Source: Podarcis melisellensis (Eukaryota). Taken from it: DNA of 64,000 bases. Positions 1 to 12,939 of the stretch are shown in pieces. How positions within the stretch are numbered: position 1 is the stretch's first letter; every line of letters starts with the position of its first letter. The notes under the pieces were generated by a model. That model searched no databases and had not been told where the DNA came from. It worked only from the letters and a program-made list of their open reading frames with translations. Position numbers and translations under genes: made by a program. The DNA is taken from assembly GCA_964234715.1 (NCBI GenBank), contig OZ174291.1. One strand, given 5' to 3'.

Positions 1-722
1 CCAGGGATCCTCAGATTGCCAGGGAAGGACCCAGGGGAGGAGCAGCCTTAGAGCAGTAGGAAGGCAATTGCCTCACTGGGGCAAGACCTACTAGACAGAA
101 AGAGTTGCTGCGATCACTAGGCCTGCACTGTTTTGGTTTCTTTGAACAACCCTCTGACACAGGGTGTTTCATTGCTGACCTGCTCCTGACTCCAGCTCCT
201 GGCACAACGGTGGGAAACAAACAAGAGTGTGAAGGGCAAAGGGGCAAAAAAGGCAGAGGGATAATAGCACAGAGGTAGAGCACCCGCTTTGCACACAGAA
301 GGTTCCTGGTTCAGTTCTAGATGTCCAATTAAAACGATCACAAGAAGTAGGGGATCAGAGAGACTTTTCCCTATCTGAGACCTTGGAGAGTTGCTATCAG
401 AAGACATAACAGTGGATAGTTGGACAAATAATCTAACTCCACAGCAGGCAGTTCCCTATGTTCCTATTTAAATCAGCCCTTTATTCAGGACCACGATGAC
501 TGGAATCTTACTGGGAAGGGATGTAACTCAGTGGAAGAGAACCTGCTATGCATGCAAAAGGGCAAATAATGCAGCATTGATATGGGGTTTCCTGGTGCAG
601 AACTAGGATCACTTGGGTGCCCTGTTCACCCTCCAGCCACCTCAGTGAAGGAGGTATAGAGATCTGGAGGGGTGCTTCCTGCCTCTGGGTATGTTAGGAT
701 CCCTTGGGAGGGGGAGACCCAC

Positions 723-927
723 CGTGACATGTTCGTAGTCCTGTCCAAGCTCATGAGAAGCAGCCACCACCTCGCGCTCCGAGATCCACTGCTCGAGGTC
801 GTCCACTTCCCTCTTCAGCTGGCAGAGGCGGAGCTGTTCCTGCAGCTTGGCCCGGCGCTCCTCAGCCAAGTCCTTCAGGCTGGCATAGAGCTTGTCCACT
901 TGGCCCTGCCGGAGATTGATCCGTTCA
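723..927 (-). CDS. SPTBN2: coding exon 24 ([17 protein letters not shown]...GQDYEHVT)
   Basis: tgcag|TGA, ACG|GTGGGT, 205 nt. Confidence 0.96.
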
Positions 928-1258
928 CTGCAGGAAAGGGAAAGAGAGAGGGACAGACATCATCCACGGATGCCATGGAATTCAGGTCTCCAAAGCCCTG
1001 ACCAGTGCTGGCTGCCCACCAGCTGTCATCATTTTGCATGGAATCCCAGGATCCCTGATTGGCTTCTCCCCCCACAAAAGAGTGGTGTAATAAGCTGGTA
1101 AACTGATTCACACAACAGGTGTGTGCCCTGAGATCTCCAGGAGAAAGAGGGGTATAATGACATCCAAAACAGGACTTGGGCCACAGCAGGGAACTTGATT
1201 GGGCATGTGGGGAGAGGCTCCCCAACTGTCTTGGTAGGAGAATGGTGGGCTTCCTTAC

Positions 1259-1389
1259 CTCTCGGGATGCCCGTTGTTTACCATATCACGGCTCTGGATG
1301 GAGAGCTGGTGGATGGTCTGGGCATAGTCTTCCAGAGCCTGCTCCATCACCAGATGTTTTTTCACCATGGCCTGAGCAATCAGTTCATC
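1259..1389 (-). CDS. SPTBN2: coding exon 23 (DELIAQAMVKKHLVMEQALEDYAQTIHQL...GHPES)
   Basis: accag|GAT, GAG|GTAAGG, 131 nt. Confidence 0.96.
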
Positions 1390-1548
1390 CTGGTGAAAAG
1401 AAAGAAGTGTGTTCCTGTTTGTTTGCTTCCCCCCACCCCTTCGGAAACAGAAGCAGGGGTAAAGAGGATGGGGTAGGCGACATTAAAATTTGAACTAGGA
1501 TTGAGACCTGTTATTCCACATCAGGATTCAGTCCCAAAATGTTTATTT

Positions 1549-1686
1549 CAGCCTTTCTCAACCTGTGGGTCCCCAGATGTTGTTGAACTACAACTCCCAT
1601 CACTCCTAGCTAGCAAGGCCAGAGCTCAGGGATGATGGGAGTTGTAGTCCAACAACATCTGGGGACCCACAGGTTGAGAACCGCTG
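1549..1686. mobile_element. fold-back hAT MITE (actacaactcccatc family; decayed copies near 8410, 19600, 25660, 29460, 30405, 32520, 50915)
   Basis: long inverted arms; 8-bp TSD gtttattt/gtttatgt. Confidence 0.8.
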
Positions 1687-2347
1687 GTTTATGTGAAAGA
1701 GGGGTTCATCTGGGACTGTGCAGAGTGCCTTTCTCCCCACTGCTGAACAACTACAACCAGCCTGTGTATAACTGGGGTTGAAAGGGGACAGAACTTTCAA
1801 TCAAGAGAGAAATGTGACTTCTGGCAAGTCCTAGAACTATTCTTACTAATCATAAAGGACAACCCCAGAGCAGATTTGTCTCTAGTGGGAGAGGAGTTAA
1901 GCACAGTTCTCAGGCTTTCCGCTCCCCCACTCACTCGTTTTCAGCATGCAACCTTGGAATGTGTGATGCGATAAAGAAGAGATTTGCAGAGTGCATTTTT
2001 GAATGCTACCAAATGAATTCTCACACATCTAGGATTAGCGAGAAGGGCACTGCTCTTCTGAAATGCTAGGCCCAGGAAAGAATGCTAGAGAAATTAAGTA
2101 TTTTGCGAATTCCAGTATGAGCCAGCATGATCTGCACTTTCCCCAGCTAATATGTGTATTAGAATTTTGCAATGCAGTTTTTGGCTCTAAATTTTTTTTT
2201 TTAAGTTTCTTAGTTAAAATACATCCAGAAATGCTCCTTTAAATGAATGAGTATTTTTGCATGTTTTGGTTTGTTTGTGTTTTTTTAAATGCAGAACTAG
2301 GACAGAATGGGTTTATGAATTAACACAGGCAAAAAAATAACACAGAC

Positions 2348-2620
2348 CTTGGCCTTCTCCTCTAATATCATGTGCAGCTCTTGTTCACCCATCCAGGCCT
2401 CAGCCTCCGCAATATCGAAGTAGAACTGTTGGGCCATCTGCGCTTGCTCCAGGCGCCCGTGCCGCTGCTCCACCTGGCTCTGCAGCTCCTGCCACATCTC
2501 CTGCAAAGCCTCCACACGCCCCTGCAGCTCCGCTTCCAGGCCGCTGCATGCCAGCCCCTGCCACCTCCCTAGGATGTCATTGATTCGTGGCTGGTGGCCC
2601 TGGATCTCCTTCTGCAGGGT
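2348..2620 (-). CDS. SPTBN2: coding exon 22 (TLQKEIQGHQPRINDI...LEEKAK)
   Basis: tccag|ACC, AAG|GTCTGT, 273 nt. Confidence 0.95.
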
Positions 2621-2654
2621 CTGGAAGTGTCAGGAAGAGGGAAGAAGAAAAGTG

Positions 2655-2940
2655 CACGGTTAAAACTCTGGAATTCGCTCCCCCAAAGAGGTAGCGATGG
2701 CCACCGACTCGGATAGCTTTAGGAAAGGATTAGTCAAATTCCTGGAGCAGTGAAGGCTATCAGTGGCCACTGGCCTTGACGGCTATGTTCTCCCTCCACT
2801 GCTGGACACAGTGTGCCCTGAATGCCAGTTGTTGGGCTTGCAAGCTTCTCATGATGGGTATCTGGTTGACCATTGTGAGAACAGGAAGTTGGGCTAGTTG
2901 GGTGTTCGGCCTGATCCAGCAGGGCTCATCTTGGTGTTCT
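2655..2940 (+). mobile_element. CR1 LINE 3' end
   Basis: tggaattcgctccc...gatagctttaggaaaggattag...ggcctgatccagcagggct pattern recurring in the window. Confidence 0.65.
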
Positions 2941-3348
2941 TTTGAGCAAGGGTGTGTGTGACATGACAAAGGCATGTAAAATTCAGTATGGTGATGTGCA
3001 GAGAAAGTGGAAAGAGATGTTTGTCTCCCTTTCTTATTTCACTTTTATTTTATTAGATTTACATACCACGCTTTATCGTAAGATCTCGGGGGGGGGGGGC
3101 GTTTCGCAGAATAAAGCACAAGATGAAAACAAGGAAATGGGCTAAACAAAACAGCAAAACAATAACCCCCCACTTCCCACAGGCACATTTAAAAGGCTGT
3201 AGAATATTCATCAGCCAAAGGCCTGGTGGAAGAGGAACATTTCTGCCTCCTGCCTAAAAATATACAGTGAAGGCACCCGGCCCTGGGGAGAGCATTCCAC
3301 AAAGGGGGAGCCTCTGCAGAGAAACCACCACACCCAACTAAGCCTTAC

Positions 3349-3438
3349 CTGGTTTTTCTTGATCAGTAGTTGGACAGTGGGAAGATCTTTGCCATGGTCA
3401 GTGGAGACTGCCATGGGCATCCGCTCCTTCACCCACAA
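3349..3438 (-). CDS. SPTBN2: coding exon 21 (LWVKERMPMAVSTDHGKDLPTVQLLIKKNQ)
   Basis: tgcag|TTG, CAG|GTAAGG, 90 nt. Confidence 0.96.
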
Positions 3439-4571
3439 CTGCAGGACACAAGGCGAGAAAAAGGTTAAGAAATGCCAAGAGGCTCCATAGCAGAAAAACT
3501 CAGCGGGGCAAGAGTCATGTTACTGCTCATTTGAGGGGGGGCGGGACGAGGGTTGTTATTTAAAATAAATAAATCACACACACAATATCCCACCAGTTAA
3601 ATTTAAAATATATATATTCCAGAGTGGTATACAATATATGAAGGTAAAGGACGCAACAACATAAAATATACATATAAAACCAGAAAATTTGTTAAGCAAT
3701 TCAAAGGCTATGGAGAAGTGAAAACTATTGACTGCACATGAAGATCGCACAGGTGTAAATAAATTCACCACCCTGCATTTGTGAGGGAATGCTTATAAGC
3801 AGGTTTTTTAAACAACAATTTTAAAAAAATGGCAATGTTTTCTGCATATACTTATGTTGATGCTTATTTTGGCTCTGTGAAATGCATATTACAGGCAACT
3901 TCCCATTTGCACTGGGGTTGCATTCCAGGTCATCATGAGAATAAACCTGCCCCATCCCTTTCCAGGACATAAAACGGCACATGCGCCAGCCATCCTGGAA
4001 CAATCAAACATGCACAAAATGGTAACTGTCTGTAGCATGAGTGTGTTTATGCATTAGGCCTGGTTGGCCAAAGAGCAATAAACTATTCAGATATCCTGAA
4101 AATATACATTTTATAAAAATTACATAAAAGCAGCATAAAGTCTCTGGCATCCTAAGACATTCCGGTGCCTGCAATGGAGCCCAAATGGGCCCCCCTCTTC
4201 CACTAGCTCCAATCCTTTATAAAGTCTGGCTGTGCCATTCAGGTGCAGTCATCTATCTGATAGCGCTGCCTGAAACAGGTTGCTTCTCCCTACTCAGTAG
4301 TTCGGCCTGATCCAGCAGGGCTCATCTTGGCGTTCTTTTGAGCAAGGGTGTGTGTGACACACCCTTTACAAAGGCATGTAAAATTCAGTATGGTGATGTG
4401 CAGAGAAAGTGGAAAGATGTTTGTCTCCCTTTCTTATTTCACTTACTTATTTATTTTATTAGATTTACATACCACGCTTTATCGTAAGATCTCGGGGGGG
4501 GGGGCGTTCCCTGAAACCCTGGCTCCCTGCACAGTGGCTCTCCCTCTCCTCTGATCCCTCCCCTGACTCAC

Positions 4572-4796
4572 AATTTCATCCTCCAGGTCGCGGTTGAACT
4601 GGTGCTCCTCCTTGGAGGCCAGCAGCTTCTCGCAGCGCTCCCTGAGTGGTGCCCGCAGCTCTGCAAACCTGTCTTCCACTGCCTGCAGTTTGCCATCCAC
4701 CTCCACGGTGTTGGAGTCCTCCGGGCTGAGGGCCAGCGCTTGGGCTTTGAGGCCCTCCACCTCCTTCTCCCGCACATCCATCTGGTTTTCCAGCAT
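4572..4796 (-). CDS. SPTBN2: coding exon 20 (MLENQMDVREKEV...NRDLEDEI)
   Basis: cccag|ATG, ATT|GTGAGT, 225 nt. Confidence 0.96.
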
Positions 4797-5004
4797 CTGG
4801 GATTGGAGAAAGAAGGTGTTGGGAATGCAGAAGGATCGTGGGGTGTTGCAGCTCTGCAAATTCCTGCGGCATCATTACCACTTCATCCCAGCAGCCTCCC
4901 TCTGCTTCTGCAGATTTTGGCCCTTTCCTCCAAAGAGGAATTTGGTGCAGGTGGAAATTCATCACAGCCAAACCCTTCACCCCTGCCGCACAGCACGCAC
5001 TCAC

Positions 5005-5268
5005 CTGCTGTTTCTTGAGCAAAATGTTGACGCTGGTTAAGTCCTTCCCGTAGTCATCAGAGTGCAGCTGGGCCTGGAGGCCGCTCAGCCAGGCCTCCAT
5101 GGCGGAACAGCTCTGAGTGAAGAGCTCGGCGCGGTTGGCGTCAAAGAGGCACTGAGCTTTGCTCTGGGTGCTGGATTCCAGCTCCTCCCAGAGCTTCTGC
5201 AGGTTGTCCAGCTTGGCTCTCACCACGGGCTCCAGCTCTGGCTTCTCGGCCACCAGCTGCTCTCCCTC
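5005..5268 (-). CDS. SPTBN2: coding exon 19 (EGEQLVAEKPEL...VNILLKKQQ)
   Basis: ggcag|GAG, CAG|GTGAGT, 264 nt. Confidence 0.96.
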
Positions 5269-5733
5269 CTGCCGAAAGGAGGACACAGATGCTGACGGAA
5301 ATGTTGCAGGGGGCGGAATGGAATAGTGTGAGTGGAGGTGGAATGGGGTATCCTGGAACAGGTCACAGCTGATTAACTGGACCCCTGAGCAGCAGGAAAA
5401 CTCCACCCTGCAACATTTTGTTACAGGTCCCCCATCATCATCATCTGCTATAATTCAGCCTGCTTACATGAAGAAGGGAGTGCTTTAACTTACCACCGAA
5501 GAAACCACAGCCACCCATTGAATTAACAGAGATTGCTTCCAAGCTTTAAGGCAGGCTCAAGGCCCCAGCAACTCTCCGATAAAGAAGCCGGGGCATGAAA
5601 ACCAAGGGGTCCCCTGAGCATGTGCAAAACACATGCACAGCTACTTCTGTTATTAATTAGTGGGCTTCCAGGAGTGATAATGCCACTGCAAGGAGGTTTC
5701 AGCACCAGCTCAGGGCTTTGTAAGAAGACCCAC

Positions 5734-5880
5734 CTTCTGGATCTTCTCCAGCCAGCCCTTGTTGGAGGCCAGCTCGGCCATGAAGGCCTGGTGCTTCTGC
5801 CACTTGGTGTGGAGGTTCCGGGCTTCATCATATGACATGTCCTGAGCTGACAGCATCTTCTCATTGATCCACAGGGTGAG
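5734..5880 (-). CDS. SPTBN2: coding exon 18 ([27 protein letters not shown]...EKIQK)
   Basis: tccag|CTC, AAG|GTGGGT, 147 nt. Confidence 0.96.
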
Positions 5881-6443
5881 CTGGAGGAAAGACAGGAAGA
5901 GAGCATCATCGGGTGAGAGTCCCCTAAGGAGAACCAGCAATCTAAGAACACCTAATGCTAAAAAACTTTCCCCTAAATAGATCTCAGTTTTCAATGTAGG
6001 TGGGCAGGAGAGCCAGCCATAAGATGATGCAATTGAAGACTTGCCTAGCATGGCATCCTGTTTCCCACCACTGGCCCACTAGGTGTCCCTGGGAGGTCAA
6101 CAAGAAGGAAATGAAGGCCATTAGCCCCCTCCCACTCATGTTCCCCAGCAACTGGCATTCAGGGACTTGCTGCCTCTGATCCCAGAGAAAGGATACAGCT
6201 GTCCTGAGCTCTGCCTTTTTAAAATGGCGGTGGGGGAATATGACTCTGGCTGGGGGACCCATGCTGACCCCAAGCTCACTATGGCCACAATCACACACCG
6301 TACATTTGAAGCACGATGATACCATTTTAAACTACCATGGCTGTCATATATTATGTTTATAAATCAACACAGAAATAAATGTAACTTGTATCAAATTCAC
6401 ATTGGCTGGGCATTCATAATCTGTCAAAGGCGATCCTGCTCAC

Positions 6444-6534
6444 CTCTTGACAGTCTTGCAGAAAATGCTGCAGTTCCCGATTGTCACGGAGGCGGGCCAG
6501 AAGGTCCTGAGCTGCCTGCTGGTTTTTCCTATGC
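6444..6534 (-). CDS. SPTBN2: coding exon 17 (HRKNQQAAQDLLARLRDNRELQHFLQDCQE)
   Basis: tccag|GCA, GAG|GTGAGC, 91 nt. Confidence 0.96.
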
Positions 6535-7182
6535 CTGGAAGAGAGAGGGAAGACAAGGCGTAAAGTAACCAGAAGGAGCTGCTTGGTAATACTGCCCACA
6601 GCCGTTTTCCTGGGAGAGGAAGCAAGGAGAGTGCCACAATTATTTTACAAATTTATATAGCCCACCCTTCAACACTAGTGTTACTAGAAAGGCCCACAAA
6701 ACAACAGCTATAACGAAATGGAACAATGCAGGATAAAACAGAGGATTACAGCATTTAAAAAACTGAGCAGAAAGTAAATGATCAACAGGGGGACGGGGAC
6801 GGAAAGGGTGATGAGCAAATGGAAGGGGGAATCCTGGAAAATGGGGTGACTGGAAGGCTGGAACCCTGAACACTACAATATTTTGCTGCAGGTCTCACAT
6901 GCTGTTTTACTTGCAACTTTGAGGAACAGAAAGCGGTGCCAGCACTCTTCCAAGTCCCATTTTACAGCTGGTGATCACTGAGGCTCAAAGCCTTAGCTTA
7001 TGGATAGGACTGCAGTCTGTCTGTCAGGAATAGGAAACTCTTCCCTATATCTACTGCAAATAACCCAAAGATCTTCCTCGTCGACCTTCTGCCCATTACC
7101 TGCTCCAAGTTGCTAGATCGTGCTCCCTTTTCCAAACCAGATTACCGCTACCAGCGTTTCTGCACAGAGTAATCCCCCTCAC

Positions 7183-7385
7183 CTGCTGTCAATGGAATTG
7201 ACCTTCTCCTGGATCTTGTCAGAGTGGAGCCCGTCCTCCATGATAAGCTTCCGGCCAGAGTCCACCAGCCCCTTGATCTTCTCCCCGTTGGCCTCCATGG
7301 TGGTCATGAAATCCTCATGTTTTTTAATGGCAGCCTCAGCAGCTTGGAGGGAGCTGGGCATGCTTGTGTGAGTCAGCATATATTC
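7183..7385 (-). CDS. SPTBN2: coding exon 16 (EYMLTHTSMPSSLQAAEAAIKKHEDF...SIDSR)
   Basis: gacag|GAA, CAG|GTGAGG, 203 nt. Confidence 0.96.
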
Positions 7386-8674
7386 CTGTCAAAAAAGAAA
7401 AAAAAAGTGTGTGTGTGTGTGTGTTGATCATCCCAAGAAAGCACCATCAGAGAACACCCTGGACAAGGAGAGGCGAAAAATGGAGACTGCATAAGCCCTG
7501 GAGTCAAAGTGGGTAATTTCTAGGCTGTGAGACTAATTGTTTATTTCATTATTTCATAAAATTTATATACAGCTTGACTGTAGGAGGCGGGAAACCTCAA
7601 AGTGGTTTACAAAAAGAATTTTTAAAATATCAGTAAAAAACAGTTGTTTAAAACATTCAAAAAATAATGAAAATCAACAATCAGAGATCATTTAAACATG
7701 TGTCAATATTCTACATGCCTAAATAAAAAAGGTCTTCAACAGAAATAAAAAAAGATACACTGAAGGAGCCTGCCTGATGTCAATAGGCAGGGAGTTGCAA
7801 AGTGTGGCTGTTGCCACACTAAAAGAACAATTTCTTACAAATGCAGAACGAGTGTTACACAGCACCTGGAACAGCACTGGTTCTGCCAATCAAAGTGGTT
7901 CACTTAAAAATGCGGATGAAGCAACATCTTCCTCCAATCTCTCTTCTTCTCAAATCCGCAGAATGCAAGGTAGCCACTTGCATTTTCTCCTTTGGGGAAA
8001 TAACTGCAGTGCTATTTTTCTTTATAAAAAAGGTTCCAGGAATCACCATGAACACCTCCCTCGCTCTCTTAGAATGGCAATGGCACCCCCACCTGAAAGG
8101 TGATGGAATGGAGTTCTGGCAAGTTCCGGCTGAAAAAAAGCCCTGCCTACTCAACCACTGTTCACGTCCCAAGTTGGTCCCAATCTCCTGGCACTGCAAG
8201 GTTATGGGTCAATGCTGGCACCATCGTTGTTCCTACAACCCTTTACACCTCAGGGGTGGGGAAGGCTTTACCAGCCCTAGAGCCTCATTTCCTTCTAGGG
8301 GGACCGCGTGCCAGCGGTAGGCAGGGCCAGAGGCAAAAGTGGGCAGAGCAACAAAGGTAAAATTTGTAGTTTCTACACACACTCACACACCCTCTCCCTG
8401 TTCCATCCAGGCCAACGTTTCCCAAACTTGAATGTCCAGCTGTTTTTGGACTAAAAACGCCACCACCCCTGACCACTGGTCCTGCTAGCTAGGGATGATG
8501 GGAGTTGTAGTCCAAAAACAGCTGGAGACCCAAGTTTGGGAAACACTGATCCAGGCAAAGAGGAGGCATCATCAGAGTTCCAAGACACATTCCAGTCAAC
8601 CAAAAAAAAGCCATAAAGGGTAAAAAACTGGCCACTGAGGGGTGTGACCTGGGGAGAGAGGTGGCGGCTTAGAG

Positions 8675-8924
8675 CAGGGGTCAGCAAACCTTTTCAGCAG
8701 GGGGGCGGTCCACTGTCCCTCAGACCTTGTCGGGGGCCAAATTATATTTTGAGGGGAAAAAATGAACCAATTCCTATGGCCCACAAATAACCCAGAGATG
8801 CATTTTAAATAAAAGGGCACATTCTACTCATGTAAAACACACTGATTTCCGGACCGTCTACGGGCCAGATTTAGAAGGCGATTGGGCCAGATCCAGCCCC
8901 CGGGCCTTAGTTTGTTTACCCATG
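8675..8924 (+). mobile_element. non-autonomous hAT MITE
   Basis: CAGGGG termini; 8-bp TSD gcttagag/gcttaaag. Confidence 0.85.
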
Positions 8925-8988
8925 GCTTAAAGGGATTCTGGAGGGCCACATCTGGTCCCCGAGGCTGTGGGCCCCAACTGTGCCTTAC

Positions 8989-9745
8989 CTGGTTGCTGAG
9001 CACCCCTTCCACCTGCTTGGTGTCTCTCAGGAAGATCTGGAAGCTGTAGGCTTGGGAGAGCAGCTGGTGCCGGTTCTCCCACATCTGGTCCAGCTCATTC
9101 CAGCCAGTGTCAAGGGCCTGGAGGCGCTGCTGAAGGAACATGTGCTGGGCATCGGTGTGGCCTTGCGTCACCTCCTCCCCCATGGCCCGCAAGCGCCGGT
9201 AGTCGCCCCTGTAGTGCTCCACCTCGTTCCGGATGGTTTCATGCTGGTTCAGCAAACGCTCTGCCTCCGGCAGGGTGGCCGGCACGTCTTCCGAAGCGAT
9301 GGCCGTCTGGGTGCGCAGAAGCCACGCCTGGAAGTCATCCAAGTCCCGCAAGAAGCCCTGAAGCTTGCTGGCTTCTCCCAGGGACTCCTCGCGTCGGCGC
9401 ATGGTCCCCCGTAGCTCGTCCCAGGTCCCGTCGACTTCGGACAAGCGGTCCAAAATGGCAGGAGCCTGCTCTGGGTGCTGGTCTGCCAGGCGGGTGGCCT
9501 CCTCCCGCAAGTCCCGCACTTTGCCCTGGATGGCCTCCAAGTCCCGCTCCATGCCCGCCAGCTTGCGCTGCAGGGCCATGACCCCTGCCAGGTCGTTGCC
9601 CAAGCCTTGGGTGGACTCGATCACTTTGGTTTTCTCCCGCATCCAAGCCTTGGTCTCATTGCACTCCAAGTAGTAATTCTGGATGCTGAGAGCCGAGGTC
9701 AATGCATCCTTCTTGCGGCTGGCCAAGGCTTGGAACTGCTGCCAC
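8989..9745 (-). CDS. SPTBN2: coding exon 15 (WQQFQALASRKKDAL...EGVLSNQ)
   Basis: ctcag|GTG, CAG|GTAAGG, 757 nt. Confidence 0.97.
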
Positions 9746-10622
9746 CTGAGAGAAGGGGGAAGGAGGGGAGATCCAATTCAATGCTGCCATGGCCGCCACC
9801 TCCATTTTTAATGTGAAACTCGTATATTGAAAGATAAAATTTCATCTTCATTTCCCACTCAGGTCCAGGGCCCAGTGGTGGGGAACCTCTGCAGCCACTT
9901 CAACCCAAAAAAACCTTTTGGGAGGGGGGTTGGTCAGGAACCCTCTAGGAAAATGTGAGATGATAGGGCACAGGTGGAGGAGGATAACCTTTCCTTTGAC
10001 AAACTTCCTTAAATTGACTTTAGGATCTAAGGCTGAGGTTGGGCGATTCCCCTTTACAGCCAGCAGCCGCCCCAACCACGTTGTTCAGGTTCCCACCCAA
10101 CCCACCACAGAGGCATTTTGGGGGCACAGGAGGCTAAAAAGAGGAGGCCAATTTTGTGCATCTCCTTAAGTCAACTTGTTTTTGGGAGAGGCACCTGTCA
10201 GATTTTCCACCCCAAGTTTGCCAAAATAACTTTGATTCTCTCCACCTTGATGTGTGGGAAGCTCAAGGGCTATTCCACATAAGGCAGAAAAATAATACGG
10301 CAGCAAATTATTATTATTGTTGTTGTTGTTGTTCCCTATTTTCTCATGCATGATAAATTGTTAATTTATATTCCCGATAGGAATTTTATGTGTCTAATAT
10401 TTAAAATTATTGATATATCAACGATTACTTATTGTTTAATAAAATGAAATAATCTAATGTCAGCTACTTTCTACAAAACAATGTTGTTGTTGTTGTTGTT
10501 GCTTAGATCTCTTACCCACCTTTCAATAGGCAGGTCACAATATTATTAATATATAATATTAGAATCAGTCAAAACTTTTTACAAATGAAAGAATAAGGTT
10601 GTCCTAAAAACATATCTCAGGT

Positions 10623-10919
10623 TTTTTTAAAAAGGTAAAAAGGTCCAGACAAAGACGACTATGGGGTGCAGCACTCATCTTGCTTTCAGACTGATGGAGC
10701 TGGAGCTTGTCCACAGACAGTTTTCCGGGTCATGTGGCCAGCATGAATAAACCGCTTCTGGCGCAACAGAACACAGTGACGGAAGCCAGAGCGCAAGGAA
10801 ACGTTATTTACCTTCCTGCCACAGTGGTACCTATTTAACTACTTGCACTGGCGCACTTTCCAACTGCTAAGTTGGCAGAAGCTGGGACAGAGCAACGGGA
10901 TCTCACCCGCGTCCCTACA
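10623..10919 (-). mobile_element. Sauria SINE-like element (5' truncated)
   Basis: ACCTTT-type tail (aaaaggtaaaaagg on +), ggtcatgtggccagcatg core; 11-bp TSD atatctcaggt (10612, 10920). Confidence 0.8.
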
Positions 10920-11150
10920 ATATCTCAGGTAAGGAGCATATGACAAGAACTACGGTATAAAATGAAGGTGCCAGATACAGCTCTGCAGGAAAAGAATTCT
11001 AGTTTGGGGGCCGTCACACACACAAGCCACACTTCTAAGGGCCGCCTCTGCCAATCTTAACACTTGAGAAGGTCTGTAGGGAAGGAGGTGATCTTTCAGA
11101 TATCTTGGGTCAGGTTTGTCAATCACTCAAACCATTGCACCATCTCCCTG

Positions 11151-11152
<2 letters not shown>

Positions 11153-11195
<43 letters not shown>
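11153..11195. repeat. (CA)n microsatellite 15 nt from the exon 14 donor
   Basis: direct read. Confidence 0.95.
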
Positions 11196-11197
<2 letters not shown>

Positions 11198-11209
11198 CTA
11201 GATCCCCAC

Positions 11210-11347
11210 CTGGAATTGAGCTGTTCCTGAGTGGCCTGGATGCTGTCCTTGTTCCTGTGGTCAGTTCCCAGAAGTCGGCTCGCAATCTCATTCACTGCTG
11301 CAATGCGGGAGGCCAGGTTATTCATCTCTGGCTCCAGAGTCTCAAAC
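11210..11347 (-). CDS. SPTBN2: coding exon 14 (FETLEPEMNNLASRI...QLNSR)
   Basis: ctcag|GTT, CAG|GTGGGG, 138 nt. Confidence 0.95.
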
Positions 11348-12068
11348 CTGAGACAACAAGGACCAAATGAGAAGTGGGAGAGAGATTGAATTAATTTATT
11401 AATTAACTGCATTTACATTTCATCATCTCCCCCCCAGCTCCGCCCAAGGAAGGTCAAAGCAGAGTACATGGCGACCACACCCATTTTATCCTGACAACAA
11501 CCCTTCGAGGTGGGTTAGTCCAAGAGATAAGAGCAACCTGGCGCAAGGTCACCCAATAAGATTCAGGGACAAGTAAGGCTCTGAACATAGGTCTCCTCTC
11601 TCTCACGACCACACAATATGTTTAAAGCACTACTTTTATAATTTTAACCGTCATGGGGGAATCCTGGGAACTGTAGTCAGTTAAGGATGCTGGGAACTCT
11701 GTGAGATCAGCACCCTGAACTAACTACGGTCCTCAGGATTCTCAATGTCTGCTAAAATGGTGTAACAGTGCTTAAAACGAATGGAGTCACATATGACACA
11801 ATACGTAATGCTGTGATGTCATATAGTACTGTGATGTCATGTATGATGTCAGGTGTCAGACAGGTGGCTGTGATTTGGGGAATGGGCCTCATGGGCTAAA
11901 CGAGGACTCGTGCTGGGTCTACTTAAATCCATGGACTGGATGTTCCCTAGGCCTGCCAGAAATTAACTGCAAACAATATGAAGTATTTACTTTGAAGAAC
12001 CCACAAACCGGCCCTCCACTCCTGGGCTAGAAGGGGGAACAAGGTGGCTGCTGGTTGAACCTACTCAC

Positions 12069-12939
12069 CTTTGCTGAACCACTTCAAGATCTTCCAACTT
12101 CTCAGGGACATCCATCGTTTCGATCCAGTACTCCCTCTCCCCAATCCAGAGCCCACACGCATCTGCCTCGCTGAACATCTTGTAAAGGTTGAGAGCGTCC
12201 TGCAGGGCTTGCTTGCGATGCTCGGCGAGTGCAACCAGTTCCTCGTAGCGCTGCTCCAGTGCAGGGAGCCGCCCGTCCACCTCAGGGGCATGGGCAAAGG
12301 CAGGGGGCAGGCTCCGGGCCTGCTCGTGGAGGGCGTCGAGGGCAGGGCGGTGGTTGTGGATCTCCTCCTCCACATCCTTGTGCTTCTTCACCAGGCTCTG
12401 GGTGGAGTACTCATCATGGCCCACCTCAGAGCTGGACACCAAGCGCAGCGCATCCAGCAACCAGGCCTCCATGTCGTTGGCGTCCGCCTGGAACTGGTAG
12501 AGATTGGAGGCCTGGAGAAGGCGCTGCTCCCGCTCTCGGGACAGCGCCTCCAGCTGATCCCACTGCTCCTCGATTTCCCGGATCCGTTCGGCCACCTCGG
12601 CAGCCCCAAAGTGGCCCTCAGCAACCAGCTGGCGCCCTTCGGCTATGCTCTGCTGCAGCGGGCCAGCACGGCCGCTCATCTCGTCGCGGAAGGCGTTATG
12701 CTTGCTGGTCAGGCGCAACACACTCGTCAGGTCCTTGCCGAAGTCGCCCGACGACAGGATCTGGCTCTGCTCCCGGATCCAGGCCTCCTCCTCGCCCATG
12801 TCCCAGAAGAACTTCCAAAGGCGGCGCGACTCTTCCAGTTTGGCACGCCGTTGCGCTGCCAATGCCACTAGCTCCCGATAGCACCGGTCCAGTGTTGCCA
12901 CACGCTCTTGGACAAGGTGGGGGTCACAGGGCTTGTAAG
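12069..12939 (-). CDS. SPTBN2: coding exon 13 (YKPCDPHLVQERV...LEVVQQR), large spectrin-repeat exon
   Basis: tgcag|CTT, AAG|GTGAGT, 871 nt. Confidence 0.97.
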
